IMG/VR virus record: IMGVR_UViG_3300021964_000012
Coordinates: 1-64,000 of that record
Direction: 5' to 3' (one strand)
DNA from: a virus
DNA length: 64,000 nt
Each line of letters opens with the position of its first letter. The first letter of the stretch is position 1. The notes under the pieces are model-generated. The model was not told where the DNA came from. It saw only the letters and a program-made list of their open reading frames with translations, and did no database searches. Shown here piece after piece: positions 37,890-46,236 of this stretch. A program made the position numbers and the translations under genes.

Positions 37890-39395
37890 ATGAGAATACT
37901 AGGAGTTAGTGCAGGATTCCACGATGCCGCTCTTACTGTGGTACACAATCACAGAATACTGTTTGCAGGTCATGCTGAACGATATAGCAAAAAGAAAAAC
38001 GATCCTACTATTCCTCAAAGTCTTCAAGAACACGTTCTTAAATATGGACCTTTTGACATGATAGTCTACTATGAAAAGCCATATCTAAGACAACTGCGTA
38101 AAATTAAAAGTGGCGAAAATTGGGGAGGTGCTTGGCGTACACGTACCGAACTCGTACGTACAATTCCTTATATAATGGAAAACACCAAAGCAGAAATAAG
38201 CAGTGTTGGACATCATCTATCGCATGCGGCCGCAGGCTTTCAAACATCACCATTCGATGATGCAACAGTAGTTGTTATTGATGCAATAGGTGAGTCGGAT
38301 ACTATAAGCATATACCACGCCTACTACAATGGTGCATGTTTAGCAGGTGAACATGCTAAGGCAAATTACAAACTATTATACAAACAAACCTATCCACACA
38401 GTATTGGTATGTTCTACAGTGCAGTTACACAACGTTGTGGACTGAAGCCAATGGACGAAGAGTACATCACAATGGGCATGGCCGCATATGGGGATGCCGA
38501 CAAGGCATACAAAACATTAAAACGTGCAACTGTACAATTCGCAGATATTCCACTGTTTAAAGAAAACCTACACATAGGTATTGATGATGTTGAGTTTGCA
38601 CCTGATGTTACTGCTGAAGACATAGCTGCCGCAGGACAACAGTTATGCGAAGAAATGGTTATGGCTGTAATGCGTAGGGCAAAGGCCATTGGCACTAGTA
38701 AAAATCTAGTGTACATGGGAGGAGTTGCACTTAACTGTGTGATCAATCGTCGATTGGGTGAACTGTTTAACAAAATATGGATAATGCCCAACCCAGGAGA
38801 TGCAGGAAGCAGTTTGGGAGCCGCGGCCTACACATATGGTAGAGACATAAACTTTACAACACCATACTTGGGCTCAAATATAGCAGGTGAATATCCAGTG
38901 GATGAACTGTTAAAAGAATTAGAAACAAATCAAATTGTTGGAGTCGCAAATGGACGTGCAGAATTTGGTCCAAGAGCGTTAGGTAACAGAAGTTTACTAG
39001 CCGATCCGCGTGGACGAAATATCAAGGATCGAGTGAATGAGATAAAACGTAGACAAAAGTTTAGACCGTTTGCTCCTGTGATACTTGAAGAACATGTGCA
39101 TGACTATTTTGTAATGCCTCTTTATCAACCCACAAGTCGCTACATGCAGGTAGTAGCACGTTGCACAAAGCCAGATAAGTTTCCTGCTATTATACACGTA
39201 GATGGCACATCAAGAGTACAAACAGTTCCTGACAATGATAGTGGTATAAGACGGTTGTTGAGTGCGTGGTATAAAAAAACCGGTTGTCCTATGTTGTTGA
39301 ATACCAGTTTAAACATAAGAGGCGAGCCAATGGTTGATGATAGATTTGATGCTAATCGCTTTCAAAAAGAGTATGGAGTAACTGTATGCAGTTAG
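37890..39395 (+). CDS. carbamoyltransferase, NodU/CmcH/TobZ family
   Basis: 501 aa. MRILGVSAGFHDAALTVVHNHRILFAGHAERYSKKKND matches the family N-terminus (ILG.s...HD.aa.lv..g.i..a..EER.sR.K.D). Confidence 0.85.
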   Translation: MRILGVSAGFHDAALTVVHNHRILFAGHAERYSKKKNDPTIPQSLQEHVLKYGPFDMIVYYEKPYLRQLRKIKSGENWGGAWRTRTELVRTIPYIMENTKAEISSVGHHLSHAAAGFQTSPFDDATVVVIDAIGESDTISIYHAYYNGACLAGEHAKANYKLLYKQTYPHSIGMFYSAVTQRCGLKPMDEEYITMGMAAYGDADKAYKTLKRATVQFADIPLFKENLHIGIDDVEFAPDVTAEDIAAAGQQLCEEMVMAVMRRAKAIGTSKNLVYMGGVALNCVINRRLGELFNKIWIMPNPGDAGSSLGAAAYTYGRDINFTTPYLGSNIAGEYPVDELLKELETNQIVGVANGRAEFGPRALGNRSLLADPRGRNIKDRVNEIKRRQKFRPFAPVILEEHVHDYFVMPLYQPTSRYMQVVARCTKPDKFPAIIHVDGTSRVQTVPDNDSGIRRLLSAWYKKTGCPMLLNTSLNIRGEPMVDDRFDANRFQKEYGVTVCS

Positions 39396-40228
39396 AACAC
39401 ACACGAACAAGATATCATCGAAACTTTGCCTATTGGAAAAATGACGAAGTTATTGGAAAAAATCTTAGAGAGTATGGCGAATATCAGCAAAAAGAAATTG
39501 ATCTATTAGTTGGTTTATTAAACAGTGTAAATAGCAAACAAAAAGTGGTTTGGGACATTGGTGCCAACATAGGAGTTCATACTATGGCATTTTCTAAACA
39601 TAGTACTTTTGTTTGCAGTTGGGAAGCAAATCCACAAAACTTCAAACTACTACAAATGAATACACAAGGAAAACTTGCTCCAAATGTAAAAGTACACAAT
39701 GTTGCTATTAGCAATGGTAAAAAAGACACAATACAAATACAAGACTTTGATCAGTCTAAGTCTAGTAACAAAGGTGAATTATCAATTGTAGAAAAAGGTG
39801 GAGTAGAAATTTCAGCAAGAAGCATCGACAGTTATATGATGAATTATCCTCTTCCTAGTTTGATAAAAATTGATGTAGAAGGTCATGAACTTGAAGTACT
39901 GCAAGGTGCACTTGTAATGCTAAAAACAGTAAAACCAATATTGTATTTTGAAACTGCTGATAAAGTGAGTTATGCAGAACATATAACATTTCTTAAAGAT
40001 CTTGAATATCGCATGTGGTGGTTTGCATGTCCTAATTTTAATAAAAATAATTATAATAAAAATGACAATAATACCTGGGGTAGAAGTGTTATCTGTAGTA
40101 TACTCGCAATACACAAGGATGTGGTTGGATTAAATACTATAGAATTGCAAGAAGTAATTGATGCCGACGATCATTGGTTAAAGATGGATTGGGATTACGA
40201 TACAGGACTTACAAGAGCAATAGAATGA
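39386..40228 (+). CDS. FkbM-family SAM-dependent methyltransferase
   Basis: 280 aa. VVWDIGANIGVHTMAFS and LIKIDVEGHELEVLQGA are FkbM hallmarks. Confidence 0.75.
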   Translation: MQLEHTRTRYHRNFAYWKNDEVIGKNLREYGEYQQKEIDLLVGLLNSVNSKQKVVWDIGANIGVHTMAFSKHSTFVCSWEANPQNFKLLQMNTQGKLAPNVKVHNVAISNGKKDTIQIQDFDQSKSSNKGELSIVEKGGVEISARSIDSYMMNYPLPSLIKIDVEGHELEVLQGALVMLKTVKPILYFETADKVSYAEHITFLKDLEYRMWWFACPNFNKNNYNKNDNNTWGRSVICSILAIHKDVVGLNTIELQEVIDADDHWLKMDWDYDTGLTRAIE

Positions 40229-40539
40229 CCAAAGAAAACGATTTAAGACAACGTGTAATAGAATCACTTCAAACAGTATTTGATCCTGAGATGCCCAGTA
40301 TAAGTGTTTACGATTTAGGTTTAATCTATAAGATAGAGATCAAAGGTGACTGGGTTGGCATAGAACATACACTAACTAGTATGGCATGTCCTTTTGCAGA
40401 TCAAATTTGTGCCGATATAGAACATGCAGTTATTAGTACACCTGGCGTGCGTGCTATTGATAGACAATTGGTATTTGAACCTATTTTTACAATAGAAATG
40501 GTTCCTGAAGAAACCAAACTAATAATGGGCTGGTACTAA
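40225..40539 (+). CDS. DUF59 / SufT-PaaD-like Fe-S cluster assembly protein
   Basis: Start moved to ATG 40225 (ATGA overlap). LRQRVIESLQTVFDPEMPSISVYDLGLIYKIEI...TLTSMACPFAD fits the DUF59 pattern, including the conserved Cys. Confidence 0.7.
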   Translation: MTKENDLRQRVIESLQTVFDPEMPSISVYDLGLIYKIEIKGDWVGIEHTLTSMACPFADQICADIEHAVISTPGVRAIDRQLVFEPIFTIEMVPEETKLIMGWY

Positions 40540-40607
40540 TGGATACAAGAATGATTTTTGCCTTACTTGCATTGCCGTTATTATCATACATTGGTTACTA
40601 TGTTGGT

Positions 40608-41297
40608 TTAGAACTTTGGTGCTATGTTTACGGGATTATCTATCCAATTGTATAATTCTTCCGCTATCTTTTCATGACCAAGTTCACTTGGATGACCATC
40701 ACCTGAAATAAAGTTGTCATTTGTATAGCTTATTTGTGTAAGGTTTCCAATGGTACCGGGGACTAATTCTCCTGATTTTCCATTGGCAGCAAGTAGCTCC
40801 ATTGCATTTTCTTTAGCATTTTTGTAAAAACGCGATTTGTCAATTTCTGGCACCAGTGTCGGATGCTGCCAACCAAGCAGATAGGTGTCTCGAATATGGT
40901 ATTTGGTGCAAAGATTTTGTAAAATATACAAGGTGTTGTTAAGGTGCCATTCACCTAGTTTATTTGTGTATACCAATCTATAATAGAGTTTATCTCTATC
41001 GTTTTGTGGATGCATTTCGATTGCCTTACCACTTTCATCAAGTGCTATTTGTCTTTCTAAAGCAGTGATAAAAAATATTGCACTATAGGTATGGTCTTTT
41101 TGATAGTCATTCTCAAGGAATTTTCTTAATTGAAATAGCATATGATGTACACTGCTTGAACCTTGACTAAGATCAATTAATTCGCAATTGAGTCTTCTTG
41201 CTAGTATACCTGCATATATTTTTTCTGGCGGATATAGTCCTCCAATTGCCTGACCAGTGGCCCAACTGTCGCCAAAGTTTAGTAGATAGTGTGTCAA
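40608..41297 (-). CDS. SGNH/GDSL hydrolase (esterase / O-acyl hydrolase)
   Basis: 229 aa, TTG start in a TTGA overlap. Block I NFGDSWATG lies near the N-terminus and block V GDGHPSELGH near the C-terminus. Confidence 0.7.
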   Translation of the reverse strand: MTHYLLNFGDSWATGQAIGGLYPPEKIYAGILARRLNCELIDLSQGSSSVHHMLFQLRKFLENDYQKDHTYSAIFFITALERQIALDESGKAIEMHPQNDRDKLYYRLVYTNKLGEWHLNNTLYILQNLCTKYHIRDTYLLGWQHPTLVPEIDKSRFYKNAKENAMELLAANGKSGELVPGTIGNLTQISYTNDNFISGDGHPSELGHEKIAEELYNWIDNPVNIAPKF

Positions 41298-42325
41298 AGA
41301 TAGGTTTCCAATTCACCTTTACGTCTAATGTCTTGTGTACAACAACTAACGCCACCGTCCCAAAAGTAGCTGTGTCTAAGTTCTGAAATAATTGGGTTTA
41401 TACGATGCTTTTCACAGAAATCAAATACCTGTTTATTGTAGGCACTGAATATAACATTCTCTTCGTCTAGTACTAAGCAGTTTACATCAAATACAGTATC
41501 GCTTACATACCCAACCCATTCTTTGAGATAGGTATCAACAAATTTTGTAAACTCAGGTGTAGGAGTTTGTCCTTGTACATACCAAGCACCATTGAAGTTT
41601 TCTTCTTTGAATTTACCTACTGCCATTGCATGCCATATTGTGCTAGATTCAAGTTTACTAACTTCCCAACCTGGAAAGTCTGAGTCTAGGTCCAATTGGT
41701 CGTCCCATTTACTACTCAATATCACACCAGGCTTTAGAATTGCAAATACTGCATCGCCATGTCCATCTGTGATTGCTTCATGAAAACGATATCGACTGTC
41801 TAAACAATTTTCTTGTATCCAACGACTTTGATCTGGTTTAAGATAATCACTATTATCAAAGAATATATCGGTCCCACAACGTACTATACAACTTGCACTT
41901 GCACCGGCTACAACACAATCTGGATCATGTGCTAAAAACTCGCCATGAGGATTAATCACTGCATCACCATATTCAGCACAAATATCATCTAATTCAAGTA
42001 CTCTGAGAACACGTAACAGTTTGTCACCTAAGGTGATTTGCCAATCTCTTGGCGTTAAAGGCGGCAACGGTGCACCATTGTCTTTTATATTGAAATATTG
42101 AAAATCTTCTTTGCTAATCAGACCAGGACGTTTAACAAGTGCACCATATTGCTCGCAGGTCTTTTGTAAATTATCTAAGTCTTCATTTGTTTCATCTAAT
42201 ATCTGCCCTAATTGATCTCGTACTGTAGAGTTGTTAATAAAATCAAAATAATCTGGAGTGTATGCTCTACCTACTATAACTTCTTCTAGAGGTTGCCAAC
42301 TGGTGTAACTATTTACTTTGGACAT
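41294..42325 (-). CDS. amidinotransferase, StrB1 / glycine amidinotransferase (AGAT) family
   Basis: 343 aa. N-terminal VNSYTSWQPLEEVIVG (StrB1: VHNEWDPLEEVIVG) and C-terminal FWDGGVSCCTQDIRRKGELETYL (StrB1: LGGGFHCATLDVRRTGALETYQF), including the catalytic Cys position. Confidence 0.85.
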   Translation of the reverse strand: MSKVNSYTSWQPLEEVIVGRAYTPDYFDFINNSTVRDQLGQILDETNEDLDNLQKTCEQYGALVKRPGLISKEDFQYFNIKDNGAPLPPLTPRDWQITLGDKLLRVLRVLELDDICAEYGDAVINPHGEFLAHDPDCVVAGASASCIVRCGTDIFFDNSDYLKPDQSRWIQENCLDSRYRFHEAITDGHGDAVFAILKPGVILSSKWDDQLDLDSDFPGWEVSKLESSTIWHAMAVGKFKEENFNGAWYVQGQTPTPEFTKFVDTYLKEWVGYVSDTVFDVNCLVLDEENVIFSAYNKQVFDFCEKHRINPIISELRHSYFWDGGVSCCTQDIRRKGELETYL

Positions 42326-43200
42326 ATTAATATATCATTGCTTTCTTTGTTTAAGAACAATTGTTGATTATGTATGAGATCATCTTTGCAATCCACATAC
42401 ATACTGTGCGTCTTTTTTGATTTTGCAATTCTACACATTTCTGTACATACTGCCTTCCAACGTTCAGTTGCATCTTCAATCTCATCATATGAATGATCAA
42501 CTACATGATCAAATGTTTTATATCCCATTTCACGTAATTGAGTTACTGACCCCATTGCCCCTGCTAAGACAAATGGTTGACAGTTTTTAATTGCTCTAAA
42601 AACTTTTTCAGTTAATCTGACAGGACCGTTGAGATCACTTTCTATAACAAAATTAAAGTAAGCATCACTGTGATGCAGTCCTACTGTGTATTTCATGTCT
42701 GCATGTTCGTCTGGTGTCAATAAGTCACAATGAAAAGGAGCCATTTTTAAAAAAAATTCTGTATGATGTTTTAGACTTCCTAAGTTGCTAGTATCAATTG
42801 GGTTTATATCATCTTCCACAGTGATTCGATTGTTATATCCAAAGTATCCTTTCTTGTGTAAACCTTTACTCCATAATCTTGCCATTGTGTATGCACGCCA
42901 TTGTCTGTGTGTGCGGACAAGTGCAGTAAAATTCTTGCTCCGTTCTTGAGTATGAAATACAGTAGGCATACTTCTATTACGATGGCGGTAAAGCAGTTCA
43001 TCGCTACACGTATAGGTAATACCTGCGAGATCACGACTTTTAGTGGATTTTTCGATAAAATGTAAATTTTCTGCCTTAAAACCTGCTCGTACAGCATCAG
43101 CACTAACATTTTTTACTAATAAATTTTCTGGTAATAAAAAATAAAGATTTGTAATGTTTTTAAACATAATAGTTTCAGCTAGATCTGTTATCAAATCCAT
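42313..43200 (-). CDS. putative glycosyltransferase, TEK-motif family
   Basis: 295 aa. FVIESDLNGPVRLTEKVFRAIKNCQPFVLAGAMGSVTQLREMGYKTFDHVVDHSYDEIED. Confidence 0.45.
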   Translation of the reverse strand: MDLITDLAETIMFKNITNLYFLLPENLLVKNVSADAVRAGFKAENLHFIEKSTKSRDLAGITYTCSDELLYRHRNRSMPTVFHTQERSKNFTALVRTHRQWRAYTMARLWSKGLHKKGYFGYNNRITVEDDINPIDTSNLGSLKHHTEFFLKMAPFHCDLLTPDEHADMKYTVGLHHSDAYFNFVIESDLNGPVRLTEKVFRAIKNCQPFVLAGAMGSVTQLREMGYKTFDHVVDHSYDEIEDATERWKAVCTEMCRIAKSKKTHSMYVDCKDDLIHNQQLFLNKESNDILICPK

Positions 43201-44249
43201 TTTGCCATCATTCCTTGTAGTTCATTCCATAAGAGTTTTTCAAAATCTGCACTGTAAAACCAATTGTAGTTGTGCTCTACAATGCTATTTACTGCGGTTT
43301 GCAAGGTGGTCTTTTCTTTTTGACTCATATTATTAATGTCTTGTAACAGTTTGCCTATCTCATATGTGCGAACTGAATCATCTGCTTCATCGTATGATTC
43401 GTCCCAAAATTCACTAAATGTTTTAAAACCATATCTACGCAAATACTCTAAGCTACCTTTGCAACTCTGTATTATAAAAGGTTGTTGCATTACAATTGGT
43501 TTGAAAGATTTTTCTGTTAGATGATTTTTACGTCCTCGATATACTGTTTCAGTAACTATGTGTATCAGACTATTGTTTGCTTGTTCCCATAAATCAATTT
43601 GATGGCTCTTTGCCGCATAACCTGACCCGTTATCTATCATTAAGGGTAGTCGAACCTGAGGACAATCTAAATCATACTTTACACATAATAATTGTAAACT
43701 TTGTCCTTCGTATGGACATACGTCTGGAAATGATATTAAATTTTTATCAAGTAAATCTCGCCCAACAAACTGTTGAAGCATTTCAATACGATGTTTACGT
43801 TCTCCACCAATTATGTTGTTAGGACAAAGAAAAGTATTATAAGGCTTGCGTTCTGAAAATTTTTGTGCTATACTAGTTCTATTATAACCTCGATACCAAT
43901 CAAGTGCAGCCCAGCCATGAAAGAAATAGTAGTCCATTTCAAGACCATAAGTATCTTTGGCCCAAGAAGCATCTTCGCTGTTGTATTCGCTCGTAACAAG
44001 TCTACATTTGTTTGTATGCAAATAAAGTGGTTTGAACTGGTCAATAAATGGTATAAATCTATTACGATAAATTGGTTCTTGATCCCACATTATAATTCTA
44101 TTATTAGGAACGCCATGTACTGCCGGCTTGTTACAAATATCCTTAAAATCTGTACTACCAAATGGGTCAAACCAATGGAGTCCTGTACTGGGTATGTTTT
44201 TAACAACTGGTACAAAAACACCATCGTAAATTTCATCAATTCTAATCAT
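43191..44249 (-). CDS. putative glycosyltransferase, TEK-motif family
   Basis: 352 aa. IVTETVYRGRKNHLTEKSFKPIVMQQPFIIQSCKGSLEYLRRYGFKTFSEFWDESYDEADD. Its ATG (44249-44247) overlaps the ATG of the divergent gene (44248-44250). Confidence 0.45.
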   Translation of the reverse strand: MIRIDEIYDGVFVPVVKNIPSTGLHWFDPFGSTDFKDICNKPAVHGVPNNRIIMWDQEPIYRNRFIPFIDQFKPLYLHTNKCRLVTSEYNSEDASWAKDTYGLEMDYYFFHGWAALDWYRGYNRTSIAQKFSERKPYNTFLCPNNIIGGERKHRIEMLQQFVGRDLLDKNLISFPDVCPYEGQSLQLLCVKYDLDCPQVRLPLMIDNGSGYAAKSHQIDLWEQANNSLIHIVTETVYRGRKNHLTEKSFKPIVMQQPFIIQSCKGSLEYLRRYGFKTFSEFWDESYDEADDSVRTYEIGKLLQDINNMSQKEKTTLQTAVNSIVEHNYNWFYSADFEKLLWNELQGMMAKWI

Positions 44250-46236
44250 GTTTGATAAATGTTACTCATACAATAAAGATTCTCTTGCACAGTGCAAGAC
44301 TAGGTACTTATGGGTACTAAATAAGCACTGTGATTATTCTAATTTTGACTTTGCCTGGGAGCCGGCTCCCTGGGAAAAAGATTTTAGACATGCTTTTGGA
44401 TCACAGTGGCAAAAGGATTCTGGTACATATCTTGTTCCAAAACATGGGTATACCGAAACAAAATACAATCAAGAACAAACAGTGACACGATTACCTACAC
44501 AGGATAATTGGGATAGCACAGAATTTGAATTTGACTATTCATGGCACCCTGATCCAACAGAGCCAGATTTTATCTATCAATTTGGCACACAATGGCAAAA
44601 AACAGGCGGCCCAAGGTACGTGATTCCTGGTGCTACAAACATAAAATATGTAGATAGTCCTCGCATTAATAAAACATCAGTTGATTTACATTGGGTTGTA
44701 CCTGAAGCAAATATCGAAAACTTTGATTATACATGGCATCCTGACAACACTGAGAAACCTTTCATTTATCAATTTGGCACACAACATCAAAAAACAGGTG
44801 GGCCACGATATGAGGTACCAGGAGCAATCGAAGTCAAGTATGTAGGAGATATTACCACAAAAGTAAAAGCTGTTGCTTCAGGCGTAGTGCTTATTAAACA
44901 TCTTAACAAAGACTTTGTTTATCAAGGTACAATTCCTATTTTAAGTACTACTAGATTTATATCAAACTATCTTGACACACTAATACGTGTTTTGAAAAAG
45001 CTAAATGGTCATGAGTATGTTTGGATAATAAGCGACCTATGCGATTATGAAAACTTTGACTTTAGTTGGCATCCTGAACTATGGCAACACAGCATGTTAC
45101 ATGTATTTCCTAGTAACGAACAAGAGTTTGGTGATACGTTTTTTATTAATGTAGAAAGTTTTTTGGAAAATGCAAAAAACATCAAATTGTTGGAATGGTA
45201 CAATCCTTTAAATTTTGTTCCTTATACAGTAAAACGTAAGGATTGTCCTCAGATAAAGTATGATTCAGACAGTGTAGTTGATGCAGTCTGGAGTCATAAT
45301 TTTCAAGAGCCAGTGGTACAATTTTACAGGTATAAACCAGAGAAACAAGTTACCATTAGTTTATGGCAAGAAAGACTCAGAACAGTTGTTCCTTTAGCAA
45401 AAGGAAGTGAGTGTGTGTTAGTACCTAAAGATGCAAAAAATTATATTAATACACAAGTATATGATTATAAATGGATAGATAAAAAACACAAACCTAAACA
45501 AGCTAGACCACTTGATATTGTTTTTATTAGCAATGATGAAAGCAATGCCGAAAAAAATTGGGAACATCTAATTAAAGTACATAAAGGTCAAAATCGTATT
45601 GTCAGAGTAGATGGAGTAAAAGGCAGAGCAGAAGCATATCGTGCTAGTTTAGAAGCAAGTAACACCGACTGGGCATTTTGTGTGTTCGCTAAACTTGAAG
45701 TGAACGCAGATTTTGATTGGACGTGGCAACCAGATAGGTTACAACAAGCAAAGCACTATATATTTCATGCTAAAAATCCTGTAAATGGATTGGTATATGG
45801 ACACATGGCAATGATTGCATATAATAAAAAACTTGTTGCAGTGAACCAATCTCAAGGGTTAGACTTTACACTTGATCAAGAACATGAAGTTGTGCCACTT
45901 CTCAGTGGTATTGCTCGTTATGCTGATGACCCATGGATTGCCTGGCGTAGTGCGTTTCGTGAATGTTTAAAGCTCAAAAATAGTTTGCCCAACATAGAAT
46001 CCAACTACCGTCTTAAACAGTGGTTAAAAGCAGATACAACGTCTGCTGTAGCTGGTTGGAGTGCAATTGGTGCACAAGATGCAGTTGATTACTATGACGC
46101 AGTTGAAGGCAATTTTGCAAAACTGCGTCTAACATACGAATGGGATTGGCTGGCAGAATACCTATTCAAGCAACACAATCTAACACCTGATCAATTATGT
46201 ACTCAACTTCAAGATCAGTCAATTCAGGGTATATAG
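44248..46236 (+). CDS. multi-repeat protein (five FD[FY]xW.P modules) with C-terminal GT-A-like domain
   Basis: 662 aa. Modules: NFDFAWEPAPWEKDFRHAFGSQWQK, FEFDYSWHPDPTEPDFIYQFGTQWQKTGGPRY, NFDYTWHPDNTEKPFIYQFGTQHQKTGGPRY, NFDFSWHPELWQHSMLHVF and DFDWTWQPDRLQQAKHYIF. The C-terminal half aligns with 24037-24966. Confidence 0.6.
   Translation: MFDKCYSYNKDSLAQCKTRYLWVLNKHCDYSNFDFAWEPAPWEKDFRHAFGSQWQKDSGTYLVPKHGYTETKYNQEQTVTRLPTQDNWDSTEFEFDYSWHPDPTEPDFIYQFGTQWQKTGGPRYVIPGATNIKYVDSPRINKTSVDLHWVVPEANIENFDYTWHPDNTEKPFIYQFGTQHQKTGGPRYEVPGAIEVKYVGDITTKVKAVASGVVLIKHLNKDFVYQGTIPILSTTRFISNYLDTLIRVLKKLNGHEYVWIISDLCDYENFDFSWHPELWQHSMLHVFPSNEQEFGDTFFINVESFLENAKNIKLLEWYNPLNFVPYTVKRKDCPQIKYDSDSVVDAVWSHNFQEPVVQFYRYKPEKQVTISLWQERLRTVVPLAKGSECVLVPKDAKNYINTQVYDYKWIDKKHKPKQARPLDIVFISNDESNAEKNWEHLIKVHKGQNRIVRVDGVKGRAEAYRASLEASNTDWAFCVFAKLEVNADFDWTWQPDRLQQAKHYIFHAKNPVNGLVYGHMAMIAYNKKLVAVNQSQGLDFTLDQEHEVVPLLSGIARYADDPWIAWRSAFRECLKLKNSLPNIESNYRLKQWLKADTTSAVAGWSAIGAQDAVDYYDAVEGNFAKLRLTYEWDWLAEYLFKQHNLTPDQLCTQLQDQSIQGI

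Noticed and set aside
21893-39197. Antisense or alternative-frame ORFs inside island genes: 21893-22318, 22662-22997, 24084-24476, 28494-28784, 31083-31589, 33952-34188, 38414-38791 and others.
   Set aside because: Each lies within a gene carrying recognisable family motifs on the other strand or frame. The coding strand is continuously packed with overlapping junctions, which leaves no room for independent expression signals.
43863-44255. Plus-strand ORFs inside the minus-strand block (43863-44255, 46505-46837, 52827-53069, 55909-56202 and others).
   Set aside because: They are antisense to ORFs with paralogues or motifs. Several start at GTG or TTG with no SD.
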